Source: Flavobacteriales bacterium (lineage in GTDB: Bacteria; Bacteroidota; Bacteroidia; Flavobacteriales; BACL11). Taken from it: 50,587 nucleotides of DNA. The position numbers and the translations under genes are program-made. Positions 27,671 through 38,400 of the stretch are shown one piece after another (within the stretch, counting starts at the first letter, position 1; every line of letters starts with the position of its first letter). The DNA is taken from contig JABJNS010000065.1 of NCBI GenBank assembly GCA_018664745.1, forward strand, positions 1 to 50,587, written 5' to 3'. The notes beneath the pieces were generated by a model. It did no database searches. It was given only the letters and a program-made list of their open reading frames with translations, and had not been told where the DNA came from.

Positions 27671-29608
27671 ATGAGCAAAACCACTAAATATCCACAAGGT
27701 CCCTTACTAAGTAAGATTAATAGTCCTGATGATTTACGAAAACTGAATAAAAATCAGTTAGAACAAATCAGTACAGAACTAAGGCAATATATTGTTGATA
27801 TTGTATCAGAAAAAGGAGGACATTTTGGTGCTAGTTTAGGTGTTGTTGAGCTCACAGTTGCATTACATTATGTATTCAATACGCCAATTGATCAGTTAGT
27901 TTGGGATGTAGGACATCAAGCTTACGGACATAAGATATTGACGGGTCGAAAAGAACAATTTCCTACAAACAGGATATATAAAGGCTTAAGTGGATTCCCT
28001 AAAAGAAGCGAAAGTGTGTATGATACTTTTGGAGTAGGACATTCATCTACTTCAATTTCTGCAGCACTTGGTATGGCTATGGCTTCTAAAAGTAATGGCG
28101 ATAATAAAAAGCAACATATTGCTGTAATTGGTGATGGATCCATGACTGCAGGTATGGCTTTTGAAGCTTTAAACCATGCTGGAGCAGAAAATTCAAACTT
28201 ATTAGTTATTTTGAATGACAACTGCATGTCAATTGACCCAGCAGTTGGAGCTTTAAAAGAATATTTAACTGATATTTCTACTTCAAAAACTTATAATAAA
28301 GCCAAAAATAAAATTTGGAAAATACTTGGTAAAATATCTAAGTTTGGACCAAATGCACAGGCAGTTGCTAAAAAGGTTGAAGGAGCAGTTAAATCAACTT
28401 TACTAGGAGAAAGTAATTATTTTGAATCGTTAAACTTTAGATATTTTGGACCAATTGATGGGCATGAAACTAAGCATTTGGTGAATGTATTGAATGACTT
28501 AAAAGATATTCCAGGGCCTAAAATATTGCATTGCCTTACCTTAAAAGGAAAAGGCTACAGTCCTGCCGAACAAGGCGACACTACAAAATGGCATGCTCCT
28601 GGACTTTTCAATAAAGATACTGGAGATTTTATAGTTGGAAAAAAGAAAAAATCACCTCCAAAATATCAAGATGTATTTGGAGAGACAATTATAGAATTAG
28701 CAAAGAAAAATGAGCAAATTGTAGGGGTAACTCCTGCAATGCTTACAGGTTCTTCTTTAAATAAAATGATGGCAGAAATGCCTGAAAGAACTTATGATGT
28801 TGGAATTGCAGAACAACATGCAGTTACATTTTCAGCAGGACTTGCCACACAAGGAAAAGTTCCTTTCTGCAACATCTATTCCTCTTTTATGCAAAGAGCA
28901 TATGATCAAGTAATTCATGATGTTGCTCTGCAAAACTTAAATGTTGTTTTTTGCCTAGATAGAGGTGGTTTAGTTGGTGCTGATGGCGCTACACACCATG
29001 GTGCATATGACATTGCATTTTTTAGATGTATTCCAAACATGATTGTTTCTGCACCTATGAATGAACAGGAGTTAAGAAATTTAATGTACACTGCCCAATT
29101 ACCTAACCAAGGACCGTTCTCCATCCGATACCCAAGAGGAAAAGGAGTTATGATAGATTGGAAAACTCCATTACAAGAAATTGAAATAGGGAAAGGAAGA
29201 ATGATTAAAGAGGGAGGGGAGATTGCTATTTTATCTTTTGGACATCCTGGTAATTTTGTAGTAAAAGCACAAGAACAATTTGAAAAAGAAGGCTTAAATA
29301 TTGCGCATTATGACTTGCGATTTGCGAAACCTTTAGATGAAAAGCTTTTACATTCTATCTTCCAGAAGTTTAATAAGATTATTACAATTGAAGACGGATG
29401 TTTACAAGGTGGTTTTGGAAGTTCCATTTTAGAGTTTATGGCAAATAATGATTATCAAGCGAGTGTAAAAATGCTTGGCATTCCTGATGCATTTATTCAC
29501 CATGGCACACAAGAAGAGTTATATAATGATTGTAATTATGATACAGAAGCAATTATCAAATATGTACACCAAATCTTAGAAAAAAGTCTTGTTTCTCAAG
29601 TCGGATAG
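27671..29608 (+). CDS. dxs: 1-deoxy-D-xylulose-5-phosphate synthase
   Basis: 645 aa with GGHFGASLGVVELTVALHYVF, GHQAYGHKILTGR and the TPP motif GDGSMTAGMAFEALN. Confidence 0.95.
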   Translation: MSKTTKYPQGPLLSKINSPDDLRKLNKNQLEQISTELRQYIVDIVSEKGGHFGASLGVVELTVALHYVFNTPIDQLVWDVGHQAYGHKILTGRKEQFPTNRIYKGLSGFPKRSESVYDTFGVGHSSTSISAALGMAMASKSNGDNKKQHIAVIGDGSMTAGMAFEALNHAGAENSNLLVILNDNCMSIDPAVGALKEYLTDISTSKTYNKAKNKIWKILGKISKFGPNAQAVAKKVEGAVKSTLLGESNYFESLNFRYFGPIDGHETKHLVNVLNDLKDIPGPKILHCLTLKGKGYSPAEQGDTTKWHAPGLFNKDTGDFIVGKKKKSPPKYQDVFGETIIELAKKNEQIVGVTPAMLTGSSLNKMMAEMPERTYDVGIAEQHAVTFSAGLATQGKVPFCNIYSSFMQRAYDQVIHDVALQNLNVVFCLDRGGLVGADGATHHGAYDIAFFRCIPNMIVSAPMNEQELRNLMYTAQLPNQGPFSIRYPRGKGVMIDWKTPLQEIEIGKGRMIKEGGEIAILSFGHPGNFVVKAQEQFEKEGLNIAHYDLRFAKPLDEKLLHSIFQKFNKIITIEDGCLQGGFGSSILEFMANNDYQASVKMLGIPDAFIHHGTQEELYNDCNYDTEAIIKYVHQILEKSLVSQVG

Positions 29609-29665
29609 AAAAAATAGGGCAAAATATTTTTTTTCTATTTGCAAAACCAACCATCAACTAATCCC

Positions 29666-29673
29666 TATCTTTG
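29666..29673 (+). promoter_or_regulatory. Bacteroidota-type -7 promoter box (TATCTTTG) for asnS-rpoN
   Basis: Exact TAnnTTTG match 30 nt upstream of the ATG at 29704. It lies inside the TTG-extended ORF, which supports the ATG start. Confidence 0.5.
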
Positions 29674-29703
29674 CCTCAATCGGTAAGAAAAACAAACGCA
29701 AGT

Positions 29704-31137
29704 ATGAAAATTAAAGAAATTCTTCTTTCAGAAGGAAAAGAACAAGAAATTAGTATCAAAGGTTGGGTGAGAACTAGGAGAGGGAGCAAGCATGTTTCTT
29801 TTATTGCTTTGAATGATGGGTCAACAATAAATAACATTCAAGTTGTTGCTGAGGCTACTGATTTTGATGAAGAATTAATCAAACAAGTTACTACAGGATC
29901 TTGCATTAGTGTAAAGGGTAAATTAGTAGCTTCCAAAGGAAGTGGACAAGCAGTAGAAATTCTTGCCAACTCAATTGAAGTTTTAGGGGGGGCTGATACA
30001 GATGAGTATCCACTACAACCGAAAAAACATAGCTTAGAATTTTTAAGAGAAAAGGCACATTTACGTTTCAGAACCAATACTTTTTCAGCAGTATTTAGGT
30101 TAAGACATGCCTTGACTTTTGCTGTACATAAATTCTTTAATGATAAAGGATTTTTCAACTTACACACACCAATTATCACAGGTGCTGATGCTGAAGGGGC
30201 AGGAGAAATATTTCAAGTAACGAACCTTGATTTGGAAAACTTACCAAAAACAGAAGAAGGAAAAATTGATTTTGCAGCAGACTTTTTTGGAAGCAGAACA
30301 AACCTTACCGTTTCAGGACAATTGGAAGCTGAGCTAGGTGCTTTAGCGCTTGGGCAGGTTTATACTTTCGGACCAACATTTAGAGCCGAAAACTCAAATA
30401 CCTCTAGACATTTATCAGAATTTTGGATGATAGAACCTGAGGTTGCTTTTGCTGATTTGGAACAAAATATGGACTTAGCAGAAGAATTTTTAAAGTATTG
30501 CATCCAATATTGTATGGATCATAATACAGAAGATTTAAAATTCTTGGACAGTAGAATGGCTGATGAAGAAAGTAAATTAAAAAAGGAAGAACGCTCAGAA
30601 ATGGGCCTATTAGAACGATTACAATTTGTTATTGAAAATAATTTTGAACGCTTAACTTATCGTGAAGCAATAGATGTTTTAAGAAATTCAAAACCTAATA
30701 AGAAAAAGAAATTCCAATACCCAATTACTGGTTTTGGAGACGATTTACAATCGGAACACGAGCGTTATTTAGTAGAAAAAAAATATAAGAAACCTGTTAT
30801 TATTACGGATTATCCTAAAGGGATAAAAGCATTTTATATGCGTATGAATGAGGACAATGAAACCGTTAGAGCAATGGATATTCTATTCCCAACTATTGGA
30901 GAGATTGTAGGGGGATCACAAAGAGAGGAACGCTTGGATAAATTACAAGCAAGAATGGAAGAAATGGAGATTTGCAAAGATGAGTTATGGTGGTACTTGG
31001 AAACTAGAAAATACGGTACTTGTACCCATAGTGGATTTGGTTTAGGTTTTGAACGCTTAATCATGTTTGTTACAGGAATGAAAAATATTAGAGATGTAAT
31101 TCCTTTCCCAAGAACACCACAAAATGCTGAATTTTAA
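29704..31137 (+). CDS. asnS: asparagine--tRNA ligase
   Basis: Class II motifs [29 protein letters not shown] and [12 protein letters not shown], plus an N-terminal OB fold. Confidence 0.93.
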   Translation: MKIKEILLSEGKEQEISIKGWVRTRRGSKHVSFIALNDGSTINNIQVVAEATDFDEELIKQVTTGSCISVKGKLVASKGSGQAVEILANSIEVLGGADTDEYPLQPKKHSLEFLREKAHLRFRTNTFSAVFRLRHALTFAVHKFFNDKGFFNLHTPIITGADAEGAGEIFQVTNLDLENLPKTEEGKIDFAADFFGSRTNLTVSGQLEAELGALALGQVYTFGPTFRAENSNTSRHLSEFWMIEPEVAFADLEQNMDLAEEFLKYCIQYCMDHNTEDLKFLDSRMADEESKLKKEERSEMGLLERLQFVIENNFERLTYREAIDVLRNSKPNKKKKFQYPITGFGDDLQSEHERYLVEKKYKKPVIITDYPKGIKAFYMRMNEDNETVRAMDILFPTIGEIVGGSQREERLDKLQARMEEMEICKDELWWYLETRKYGTCTHSGFGLGFERLIMFVTGMKNIRDVIPFPRTPQNAEF

Positions 31138-31140
31138 TAG

Positions 31141-32460
31141 ATGAACAAACAAAGGTTACAGCAAAAGCAGTACCAAAACCTAAGCCCTCAACAGATACAA
31201 TTCTTAGGGCTTTTGCAAATACCTATTGTCGCTTTAGAAAAACGGATTGAAGAAGAACTAGAAGATAATCCAGCACTAGAAGAAGATGAACAAGAAGAAG
31301 TAATCCTTTCCGAAAGAAGTTTCCAGCAACAAAATACAAATGACTTTCAATTTCAAATTGAAGATAAATCAGAAAGTTTAAGCGATTACTTAAATCAACA
31401 ATTAATTGCAATTGATATAGATTCAAATCAGCAATTTTTAGTTAACTACCTAATCAATAGCCTTGATAATAACGGTTTTTTACATAGAGATTTACACGCT
31501 ATAACTAGTGATTTACTCGTTAATAATAACCTTGATATTAGTGAGCTTGAATTAAGTAATGCTCTGATAATTTTACAACAATTAGAACCTTTTGGAGTTG
31601 GAGCTCAAAATCTACAAGAATGCTTGTTGATACAGCTAAAAACTTTGCACCCTGAAAAACACCTTGAACAAAAGATTATTAGGGATTATTATACACCTTT
31701 TAGCAATAAGAATTTTGAATACTTATCCAAACATCTTGAAGTTAATTTTGAAACGCTTAAAAAGGCTTATTCTACAATTGAATCCCTTAACCCAATACCA
31801 GGTAATGGATTTTCCAAAAGTGCAAATACCACAACTTATATTTATCCTGATTTTACGGTAACTATAGTGGATGGAAAGCTAGAAACAGTACTCAATAAAA
31901 GTAATGTAAAACCTATTAAGGTAAGCCAATATTATCAGAATATGCTTAAAGAAACTGAGGATAGTGCTACTAAAAAATTCTTAACTGAAAAAGTAGAAAA
32001 AGCAACTTGGTTTCAAAGCGCAATTAAAAAGAGAAATGAAACACTAAAAAATGTTTTCTCAGCTATTTTAACTATTCAAGAAAGGTATTTCTTATCAGGA
32101 AATGAAAAAGATTTAAAACCTATGAAACTAGCCGATATTGCTCAAGTAATTAATATGGATATTTCCACTATTTCAAGGGTAAGTAACTCAAAATATGTAG
32201 CTACTCATTTTGGTACTTTTAAGCTAAAAGAAATTTTTTCAGAGGCGTATAGAAAAGATAATGGAGAACTTATTTCTACAAAAGAAATAAAAAGTAAACT
32301 GCAAGAAATTATAGCATCAGAAGATAAGATAAACCCATTTACAGATGAACAATTAGCTGAATTGTTAGGGAAAGAAGAATATCATATCGCAAGAAGAACA
32401 GTGGCAAAATACCGAGAAAATTTAGGTCTACAAACCGCAAAACTAAGACGAGAATTGTAA
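31141..32460 (+). CDS. rpoN: RNA polymerase sigma-54 factor
   Basis: The Gln-rich N-terminus LQQKQYQNLSPQQIQFLGLLQ (region I), an acidic region II and the C-terminal RpoN box ARRTVAKYRE. Only 3 nt lie after the asnS stop. Confidence 0.92.
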   Translation: MNKQRLQQKQYQNLSPQQIQFLGLLQIPIVALEKRIEEELEDNPALEEDEQEEVILSERSFQQQNTNDFQFQIEDKSESLSDYLNQQLIAIDIDSNQQFLVNYLINSLDNNGFLHRDLHAITSDLLVNNNLDISELELSNALIILQQLEPFGVGAQNLQECLLIQLKTLHPEKHLEQKIIRDYYTPFSNKNFEYLSKHLEVNFETLKKAYSTIESLNPIPGNGFSKSANTTTYIYPDFTVTIVDGKLETVLNKSNVKPIKVSQYYQNMLKETEDSATKKFLTEKVEKATWFQSAIKKRNETLKNVFSAILTIQERYFLSGNEKDLKPMKLADIAQVINMDISTISRVSNSKYVATHFGTFKLKEIFSEAYRKDNGELISTKEIKSKLQEIIASEDKINPFTDEQLAELLGKEEYHIARRTVAKYRENLGLQTAKLRREL

Positions 32461-33062
32461 TGAAATTATCAAAATTTATCTCCATAGTTCTGCACCCTAT
32501 TTTCATGCCGTTATTTGCATTCTACCTAACGCTAAAAAGCAATCCTGCATTAGGAATTATAATAAACCCATACCTGAATTATGTTTATGGAGTTGTTATT
32601 AGCTGCACTATCTTACTTCCTTTATTGACTATCTTTTTTTTAATAAAAAATGGAAAAGTAAACTCTCTTGAAATGAGCAATCATAAAGAACGGACATTAC
32701 CTCTTTTCAGAACTGTTATTTGGATGTGCTTAGGACTTTATATCTTAAATAATATTTTGCTTTACACACCTATTTTAAAAGCTGAATTTATTGGGGCAAT
32801 ACTTATTATCCTACTTGCAGCTATCATCTCAAAATTTTGGAAAATAAGCCTACACTTACTTGGAATAGGAGGGGTGGTTGGTGTTTTTATAGCCCTTCAA
32901 ATAATGTTTGGTGGTGTACTATACATGCTCCTTATCTTTATAGTCCTTTCAGGAATATTAGGAGTTGCGCGAATAGATCAAAAAGCACATAATCATGCTC
33001 AAATATATATAGGGTTTTTATTAGGAGTTTGTATTGAGCTAATAACAATTTTAGTGTACTAA
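32460..33062 (+). CDS. polytopic membrane protein, possibly PAP2-superfamily-like
   Basis: 200 aa with about 6 hydrophobic helices. Weak PAP2-like remnants are SLHLLG and RIDQKAHNHAQ (R-x5-H-x3-Q). A TAATG overlap joins it to rpoN. Confidence 0.4.
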   Translation: MKLSKFISIVLHPIFMPLFAFYLTLKSNPALGIIINPYLNYVYGVVISCTILLPLLTIFFLIKNGKVNSLEMSNHKERTLPLFRTVIWMCLGLYILNNILLYTPILKAEFIGAILIILLAAIISKFWKISLHLLGIGGVVGVFIALQIMFGGVLYMLLIFIVLSGILGVARIDQKAHNHAQIYIGFLLGVCIELITILVY

Positions 33063-34484
33063 TTTTATATCTACAATCTCAATCCTACGCTCCAATACTG
33101 CCGCTAAACTATAAATTGATTTTAGCCTATCATTAGGGTCATCACTTACTTTTTTAGTAGCTTTACTTTCCCCAAAAGGCAATTCAATAATCTGGAAAAA
33201 ATCATCTTTAATATATGCAGTAAATATTCCACCTTCATATTGTTCTGCATAATTTATAAAACTCTTAATTCTCCTTTTAGAAAGGTTAATATTATACTGT
33301 TTTTTGTGTAGCGGACTTGCATAACCTTTAATCAGTAATTGTATTGTTTTTCCTTCTTTTAAATCTGAAAGAATGTGCGAAAAGATAATGGATAGTTTAT
33401 TAAAATTTCCCTGTAAGCTATCTTCAAAAAAAGAAGCTAAATTTGGGGTATAGTTATTGTAGTCATCTTCCATTTTAAAATAAGAAATATAAGAATCCTT
33501 ATAGGTTTTATCTGTAGAGATACTCATTGTGCAGCAATCTGGCTCATCATTGTGGAAATACAACTTTAAAGGCAAGTATTTAGCAGAAAGTAATATATTT
33601 TCTAATTCTTCAATTTCAGGTTTTTCAAGCTCAAAAGAAAAGATATCATTACAACAAAATTCTTCAGTATTATATAATGCACCTTTACGGTTAGATGCTA
33701 AATAACCGTTTGTTTCATCATAAAAGTTAAGGTACATTTCATCTTGTTTGGAATTGAATTGCATAGCACTTATTGGTTTTTCCCACAGATTTAACTTTCC
33801 TTCAACTTTGTAAATATCAAATCCTCCTAAACCTCCTTTTTTATTGGATGAAAAATAAAGCAGGTTTTCCTTTTGGTTGAAAAAAGGAGTGATTTCATCT
33901 GCAGAAGTATTAACCATTTTTCCTGCATTAATGGGTAAACCAAAATTTCCTTGCTTATCAATTATACTCAGCCAGATATCCATACCTCCAAAACCTCCTT
34001 TCCTATCAGACACAAAATACATGATATTTTGTTGCTTGTGTTGGGTGAGGTGAGGTTGAGTATTGGATGAATTCACTTGGTTTATATTGCTATTTAAGTC
34101 TTCCGTTTTTTGTTTTTCATAATCTCTGAAAGCAATTTTACAATTCCCGTTTTCATCACAGATACTAAAGTAAAAAAATGGATTATTTTTTGGAAAATGA
34201 ATATTAGCGGTGGAATAGGAATCTCCTAAATTAATATACTTTCCTTTTTTCCACTTCCCATCCTTAAATTGGCTTGAAAAAATGGCAGACTGATACTGCT
34301 CTTCTTCCAAAGTTGAGGAGGTATAGTAAGCAGTATTTTCATCAATTTGAACAAAATTAAGCTCGGAACCATAACCATTAACATTTTCAGAAATATGTTC
34401 AAATTTAATGCTTTGTGCAAGCACTAAAAAAGGAAAGAGCAGTATTATAGATAAAATAAATTTCATTATAAGTATTTTGGGCAT
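33051..34484 (-). CDS. PD40 (TolB-like) repeat plus OmpA_C-like domain protein (PorE-like architecture)
   Basis: Signal peptide, PD40-like strings YFVSDRKGGFGGMDIWLS and YFSSNKKGGLGGFDIYKV, and a C-terminal OmpA-like IKGYASP..NINLSKRRIKSFINY. An alternative ATG at 34466 would form a TAATG overlap with porP. Confidence 0.75.
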   Translation of the reverse strand: MPKILIMKFILSIILLFPFLVLAQSIKFEHISENVNGYGSELNFVQIDENTAYYTSSTLEEEQYQSAIFSSQFKDGKWKKGKYINLGDSYSTANIHFPKNNPFFYFSICDENGNCKIAFRDYEKQKTEDLNSNINQVNSSNTQPHLTQHKQQNIMYFVSDRKGGFGGMDIWLSIIDKQGNFGLPINAGKMVNTSADEITPFFNQKENLLYFSSNKKGGLGGFDIYKVEGKLNLWEKPISAMQFNSKQDEMYLNFYDETNGYLASNRKGALYNTEEFCCNDIFSFELEKPEIEELENILLSAKYLPLKLYFHNDEPDCCTMSISTDKTYKDSYISYFKMEDDYNNYTPNLASFFEDSLQGNFNKLSIIFSHILSDLKEGKTIQLLIKGYASPLHKKQYNINLSKRRIKSFINYAEQYEGGIFTAYIKDDFFQIIELPFGESKATKKVSDDPNDRLKSIYSLAAVLERRIEIVDIKLVH

Positions 34485-35416
34485 ATTTCCTGTTCAACAA
34501 TTTTTTTCTTTTTCTTGCTTTTCCACTGGTACACCAATACAAATTCAAATCCACCTTTGTTATTACTTGCATTGGTCAAACTAGAGGTATTTACATCATA
34601 ACTCACCACACAAGAAAAGCCCTCAATTTCAGCTCCAAAATAAAGAATAAGGGCATCATTAAGCCGGTCAGCAATTCCTGATTTTAAGAGTATGTCTTGC
34701 TCCCCTTCCAATAAATAATTTACATCACAACCCAATAAAAATTCTTTGTCGGCATCCTGATTAGAAAATACTAATTTGGGTTGAATGTTCAAATTATCGG
34801 TATAGGCATAATTAAGTGCCGTGTGAATATTCATTTTTTGCTGCAAGCGAATAGCATCATTATCCGTTAAAGATTGTTTGGGTTTATTAATATGGTAAAA
34901 AGCAATACCGCTTTCCAGTATTACCTGTTTGTTTAGCGTATGAAAATTAGCAATTCCAATGGATACATCAGGGAAAATAAAATTAAGATTGCTAAAGTTT
35001 TCAGGGTCGTTAAATACTAAATCATCAAACTCAATTGACCTCTGAAAAATACCCAATCCTGCTCCAAAGCTAAATAAGTTATCAGCAGTTGCCACTACTT
35101 TTTTAGCATATCCAAGGTTAATTCCTGTTGTCTTAAAACGAGAATCCCCTGCAATATCATTCAGGAATTGTACCCCAATATTATGGCTAGGGAGTATATC
35201 TTTTCGTTCCAAGGAAAAGCTAAGTGTGTTAAAGGGAACACTCACACTTGCCCATTGTGATTTTCTTTGTAGGATTGCTTTGTAGTCGTTATTTTGTGCT
35301 CCCACCAAAGCTGGATTCAGCAAAAAAGAAGAAACTTTAAATTGTGAAAAATGCACATCCTGAGCCCAAGTGTTTACACCAAAAAATAAAACTAATATGA
35401 AGGCAATATTTCTCAT
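34466..35416 (-). CDS. PorP/SprF-family T9SS outer-membrane protein
   Basis: 316 aa with a signal peptide followed by QDVHFSQFKVSSFLLNPALVG, the family-typical N-terminus. An ATGA overlap joins it to the upstream type-B-CTD gene. Confidence 0.85.
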   Translation of the reverse strand: MRNIAFILVLFFGVNTWAQDVHFSQFKVSSFLLNPALVGAQNNDYKAILQRKSQWASVSVPFNTLSFSLERKDILPSHNIGVQFLNDIAGDSRFKTTGINLGYAKKVVATADNLFSFGAGLGIFQRSIEFDDLVFNDPENFSNLNFIFPDVSIGIANFHTLNKQVILESGIAFYHINKPKQSLTDNDAIRLQQKMNIHTALNYAYTDNLNIQPKLVFSNQDADKEFLLGCDVNYLLEGEQDILLKSGIADRLNDALILYFGAEIEGFSCVVSYDVNTSSLTNASNNKGGFEFVLVYQWKSKKKKKIVEQEICPKYL

Positions 35417-38400
35417 CTGATAAGCGTGATATTTCCTTTTTTGAAAAGCTGCTTATTCCCAATACATTTCAGTTCCAAGTAAAAATCAAATACTTGAGGG
35501 TTGAGTTTTTTCCCAAGATAAGTACCATCCCACTTTTCAAACTTATCAGTTGTTGTAAATACTTTTTGCCCCAAACGGTTAAATATCTCTAACCTAAAAT
35601 CCGTAATAATACCAGCAATATCCTCTATATAATAAGTATCATTTACCTCATCTTCATTCGGACTAAATGCAGTTGGAACAACAATACTATCTTCATTGCA
35701 AAATACATCCAACACTTCAATACAGATACTGTCCCTAATAGTACAATTGTGAATATTATACACCTCAGCAACATAGCACTCCTCTTGAATTGGGCTAATT
35801 TCAATTCTATTTGCTGTTGAGGAAAGCGTTAACCAAGTAAAATTATTAGCTGTCTCAATATTCAAATAAGTTGTTTCTCCCCTGAAAATTGTATCCTCAT
35901 CCAACCATACAGCATCCAAAATTGGATTGTCATAAATATTGACAAATACTGAATCTTTCATGATGCAACCATCCGTATTTACTACCTCAACAGAATACCA
36001 ATCAGAGGTATCGGTATAGTCAAAAATACTTGCAGAATCAGTAGCATAAATTACATCAGCAGGATTCCAAGAATAAGAAATTAAAGGAACGCTAGGATTC
36101 AAGTTATTTACTTTTAGGAAAACACTATCCCCTTTACATAACTCTAAATCTCCAATCAGATTTATATTTATACTTTCCATTTGCACCTCAACACTATCTA
36201 CTTGCTCACAGATGCTATCAGAAACTTTTACATAAAACATGGCTACACTAGCAACTATTAAGCTATCAGTTAGGCTTAATGTATCTGTAAAACTAGCATT
36301 GGAGGACCATAATACATTTGATGCTCCACTATAATTTGCAAATAGTTTTATAGGAATATTACAATAGGAAGTATCCTCACCTGCATCTAGTAAAAAATCA
36401 GGAACTACTATTTGTTGTAACAAGGTGTCGGTACAACTTCCATTAGATATTAGTAATTGATAACTAATACTACTAGGTGAATTGCAAAAAGGATTAGAAA
36501 CATTTGCACTACTTAAATTAGTAGAAGGAAACCAAAAATAAGTAATGGTTGGGTCGTTTACAGGAAGTAAGCCAATTTGAATTTGATCTTCTTCACATTT
36601 TACAATACTGGCAATTGTGTCAGATGAGTTGGCAAGTATGTACACTTGCTTAGTGATGGTATCCGAAACATTACACGCTCCAGGAGCAGTGGCAATTAAA
36701 GTAACTGTATAATTCCCTGCTTGATTGTAATTGTGTGTTGGATGTTCCAAGGTAGAAGTTGTAGCATCTCCAAAATCCCACTGATAAGTAATTGGTGAAT
36801 TGGAACTGCTTAAATTCTGAAAACTAACATTGGTATCGCAACCCACCCAATCCGCATTAAAATCAGCAATAACCATTGGGAAATCAAAGTTGAACTTAAA
36901 CACTCCATTATTACAATTTGGGCTGTTATTGGTTGGTGAAACTGCCCCAGGATTTGGCTCTATCGGAAAGTCAGAATTACCACCACAACCTGCACAAACA
37001 GATTGATAAATAATTCCTTTTTTGTCAAAGCGGCTTGTTCCTCCATCAACATGCTCGGCACTTTGGCTTCCTCCAAAATAAGTAGCATATTGCATTCCTG
37101 ATAAAGCATCATCAAGTACCATTAAATAAAAATCATTACCATCAGTTGCCGTTTGAAAAGCAGAACTACTCACAGGTAAATTAAGAGTGGATAGTGGTCC
37201 TCCTGCTGTACCTGAACCCCACCCTGAAAGATAAATTTTATCACAAACATCTACTAAAAAAGCAGTTGGCGAAATATCAGGAGTACCTTTTCCTGTACCT
37301 ACTACAGTTGATCGCAAAACACTGGACAAATTATCGTTAAATACAGCAACAAACTGCCCCGCTCCAGCTTGTGAATAACCAACATTCTGCACTAAAGTTT
37401 GCCCTGTTGCTTTTGTTTGTCCAAATAAATAAACTGCATTAGTACTTCCTACTTCTACAAAATAAGATTGGTCGTATTGTTCTGACCCATAATAAGAAGA
37501 GGAGAGGAGTTGTGTCCCCTCAGAATTAATCAAACTGATAAATGCATCTGCACGAACAGAATCCTGATGCACAGTTTGATAAGCATTTGCAGTTATTGGA
37601 AAATCAGCAGATGTAGTTCCTCCCGTTATATAAATATTATCATTTTTATCTAAGGCTAAGGAATAAATTCCATCATCAGCACTACCGCCCAAATAAGAAC
37701 TCCAAATAATAGAAGTAAGCTGATTATCCATTTTAACAATACAGCCTTCCTGCCCGCCATTATTTGTGTTTTGAAAACCAGTTGTAATTGGAAAATCAGA
37801 AGATTGAGTACAAGTAGCAATATAAATATTGTTGTTTTTATCAATATCAATTTCCCCTCTTACCTCATCCGCATAATTGAATTTTAACCTAGATGCTGTA
37901 TTCAAACCATCATTATCCGTACCCCCTACAAAAGTAGAGGCTAGTAGGTTTCCTCCATTAGTACTTAAGCGTGAAACAAAAATATCCGAACCATTAGGGA
38001 AGCCAACCCCAATACCTGAAGGAGCAAAAAATGGACCGCCTTTAAAAGTGGTTTGATAAGCTGATAAAGTAGTTGGAAAATCAGCCGAACCAGTAGTACC
38101 AAATATAAATAATTCATCAGCACTATTTACAATCATACTGTGAGGTAATTCATCTTTTGTACCACCCAAATAAGTAGAATAAATTCTAATTGTTCCGCTA
38201 GTATCGTACTTAGTTATTGCAACATCTGTTCCTCCAGCAGCATTAGCATAATTAAGTTGATAAGCACCTATTGTAGTTGGATAACCTACTCCAAAAGAAG
38301 TACTACCACTATACAAAAATCCAAAATTATCATAAGTAGCGGTATATCCAAAATTATCAGTTGTGGAGCCAGAATAAGTTGAAAATTCCAAAATTGGATC

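Noticed and set aside
29609-29640. An A/T-only hairpin after dxs (AGAAAAAATA..TATTTTTTTTCT), and GGTAA-N7-TTACC after the RND gene (27630-27646), as possible terminators.
   Set aside because: The stems are short and almost purely A-T, which is expected by chance in this composition. They are far weaker than the atpG terminator.
29986-29992. A G7 run in asnS (codons GGG GGG G for Gly-Gly) as a second phase-variation tract.
   Set aside because: asnS is an essential housekeeping gene, where on/off switching is implausible. The run is noted only as a control showing that GGG-GGG occurs in this genome, which tempers the significance of the G9 tract in the receptor.
33051-33062. The switch from mostly + strand to exclusively - strand genes, as a possible replication terminus or dif region.
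   Set aside because: The two converging genes overlap, so there is no intergenic DNA to hold a dif-like site. mnmG, which is often origin-proximal, is only 25 kb away, and a single strand switch is weak evidence. GC-skew analysis of the whole replicon would be needed.
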